From assembly GCA_039545335.1 (NCBI GenBank), contig BCIN01000007.1, forward strand, positions 1,108,530 to 1,172,529: a DNA stretch of 64,000 nucleotides, in the 5' to 3' direction. Shown in pieces: positions 62,133 through 64,000 of this stretch. The notes beneath the pieces were generated by a model that ran no database searches, was not told the origin of the DNA, and worked only from the letters and a program-made list of their open reading frames with translations. Each line of letters begins with the position of its first letter. Within the stretch, counting starts at the first letter, position 1. This DNA comes from Kondoa subrosea (taxonomy: Eukaryota). A program made the translations under genes and the position numbers.

Positions 62133-63809
62133 TCACCCATTTCCCGGTGCGGTAAGAATCCAATCCTCATACATCACGGCGTCTCCCACTGTTGGCTTGA
62201 AAGTCAATACAGATGCCTGAGGGGCGCGTAAGTGAGATCAATACAGTTCACGCTAAAGGACGGACATATTCTCTTATGGCTCTTCGCCAATAGCACGCTA
62301 TTGCTGCTGGCGAGAGATATCTGCAACATAGCGCTCAGCGAAGCACAGTATGCGCTGTACAGCAACTCACTGCCTTGCAAACAAGCGATGCACATTGTTC
62401 GCTATTAGTTGCGCTCGAGCATCGTTCGTCCTCTGTTCAACCCGTCAGATAATCTGAAAATCCATAGTAAGATCAACTCACAAAGTATTGCATCTTCTCC
62501 TCTAGACCTGACCATCCAGGTCCTTTCACATATACAATATTCTGGTTTGGTGATTCATCATCGTGATTCAAAAGATGATGAAAATGCTGCCACCATCTTC
62601 GCTCATGTGAGATGACTACGGATCGACAGTTCAGTAGATACTTCAGTCGACTATTTGCAGTATCAGCATACCGTCTGCCAAACAAGCGATCGACTTACCC
62701 GCTATACGAATTCCCTTCCGTGCCAGCAAGGAAGCGGTTCTTGCAGTGATCGGGAAGTGAGACTATCGAGTAGTTGCTTTCGCCCCCTGAATGCATCTGT
62801 TATCAGATCTTACTCCTAGAACAGGCCCAAATTATTGCTTACACCAATCGATCTCGCCCATATTAGCCCAAGGCTGATCTTGATATGTGAGCAGCTCTTT
62901 CCTGCTGTCTGTCATAGCTACTCCTCGCCAGAACTGGAAGTTGCATTCAAAAGCTGACTGAGCTACCCGAGAAGCCAATACATACGAGCTTTGGCGATTT
63001 GTGAGCCCAGGATATCTCTTGATTCACCTGTTGCGCTTTCTGCCTGAAAGAAGACCAAGGTCCTGATCTCGCTTCCGGCCAATTCCACATGCCGAAGTCT
63101 ATCGTCTAGTATGAGATCACTTTATTCATATATGTGCGCAACTGAAATTGAATGACCTGCTAAGAGCCAAGTTTTCTCGTTCTCTTCTTCGGTGGATGTA
63201 AGTTGCCATCTCGCCGGTAATATAGGACCAGTATCATCTACACCCATAGAGAAATCGACGTCTGGCAGTGGTTCAGGAGAAGTAACAATCTGTTCTTTGA
63301 CAGCTCAAACGGTGTCTCGGAATCTTGGGAAGATTCGACTAGCTTACAGCAGAATAGAGGAGTTGTATCACTGCCATAGCTCTAGACTGATAACCAGGTC
63401 TATATTTCGCAATGTGTAATTTCCCGTTCGACAAGATGAATCGAGCGTTTGGGTTATCTGCTGCTTCTTCTGCATCTTGAAAGCTCACACCACCTTTCTT
63501 CCGATGATATGCAGAGATCCGTAGTAGAGTATCATAGTTTCTAGGGAAAGCAGCTTGGCATTGACTTTCAGTCATGTTCAACCTGTTGAGTGTCGCATCA
63601 TCCAGTACGATTGCGGCCCCATTTTCTTGCTCTATGTGTACATTGTATCTCGGATCTGTTCTGCCACGAACTGGGGACCAATTGCCAACCAGGAGGAAGA
63701 CCAGAGATATGGCTGCCAATGCACCGATTGCATAGGTTCGCGTTGCATTGCGCTTGAAAGGTATCCTGTCACTCAGTCCTGACTCGAGCTGTTGATATGA
63801 GATGGCCAT
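62133..63809 (-). CDS. Glycosyltransferase family 90 (CAP10/rumi-like), type II membrane protein
   Basis: N-terminal TM segment; CQAAFP; SPEPLPDVDF; DFGMWNWPE; FWRG; DHCKNRFLAGTEGNSYSG|RLKYLLNCRSV; WWQHFHHLL. Confidence 0.88.
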
Positions 63810-64000
63810 TCAGGGTATCATGCATCCGGCTCGGTTCGCTGCCAAGACCAACAGTCAAAAAAAAGATCTCGAGACAATACGACGGACGAGAGTGCATCTA
63901 TACTGTTACAGATCACCAGGCATTGCAGAGTGACGCTCATCGAACAGAAGAGCGATTCGGCAAGCTTCCTACATTCTCGCTCGTCAGAAAGGAACATCAT

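Noticed and set aside
62760..62850. Apparent frameshift in the GT90 gene
   Set aside because: Resolved by the GTAAGC donor (IDW|WGESNY); the gene is in phase here.
32883..63809. GT32, SWP1, GT90 and P450 as a glycosylation or secondary-metabolite cluster
   Set aside because: Dispersed among housekeeping genes, with no backbone synthase.
1..64000. Many antisense or overlapping ORFs in the track; also searched for TGA-CTA readthrough stops, CAAX pheromone ORFs, tRNAs, TPP riboswitch, transposons and CRISPR arrays
   Set aside because: The antisense ORFs are shadows of real exons. None of the other elements was recognised by eye, though intron-containing tRNAs or snoRNAs could be missed without covariance-model searches.

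Overview
Gene-dense, intron-rich eukaryotic DNA from a fungus, most likely a basidiomycete. The evidence is ~50-60 nt GT-AG introns with CTRAY-type branch points, many micro-exons, a stand-alone Nup96 and basidiomycete-type PACT and GT32 proteins. I cannot name the species. I spliced about 27 protein-coding genes by hand: NUM1/ApsA, an MCT-type MFS transporter, a secreted GDPD, FMP52, a DAP1-like cytochrome b5 protein, a Zn2Cys6 factor, a PACT spindle-pole-body protein, MTHFR, TUL1/Dsc1, a Dsc4-family protein, RPB11, RPL28/uL15, GT32, SWP1, PMC1, an F-box/LRR protein, HNT1, Nup96, GPD1, a SLIP-GC-like dynamin-family GTPase, LSM8, a P450, GT90 and several hypothetical proteins. I recognised no tRNA, rRNA, CRISPR array or transposon. 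Most notable: (1) two subunits of the Dsc ubiquitin-ligase complex are head-to-head, 164 bp apart; (2) GPD1 has three in-frame AUGs flanking a perfect PTS2; (3) Nup96 is encoded without Nup98; (4) the dynamin-like GTPase carries several 1-nt frameshifts and sits next to a protein with recently duplicated ATKADL repeats. Exon boundaries were read by eye and may be off by a few nt. Family calls rest on motif recognition, not on database searches.
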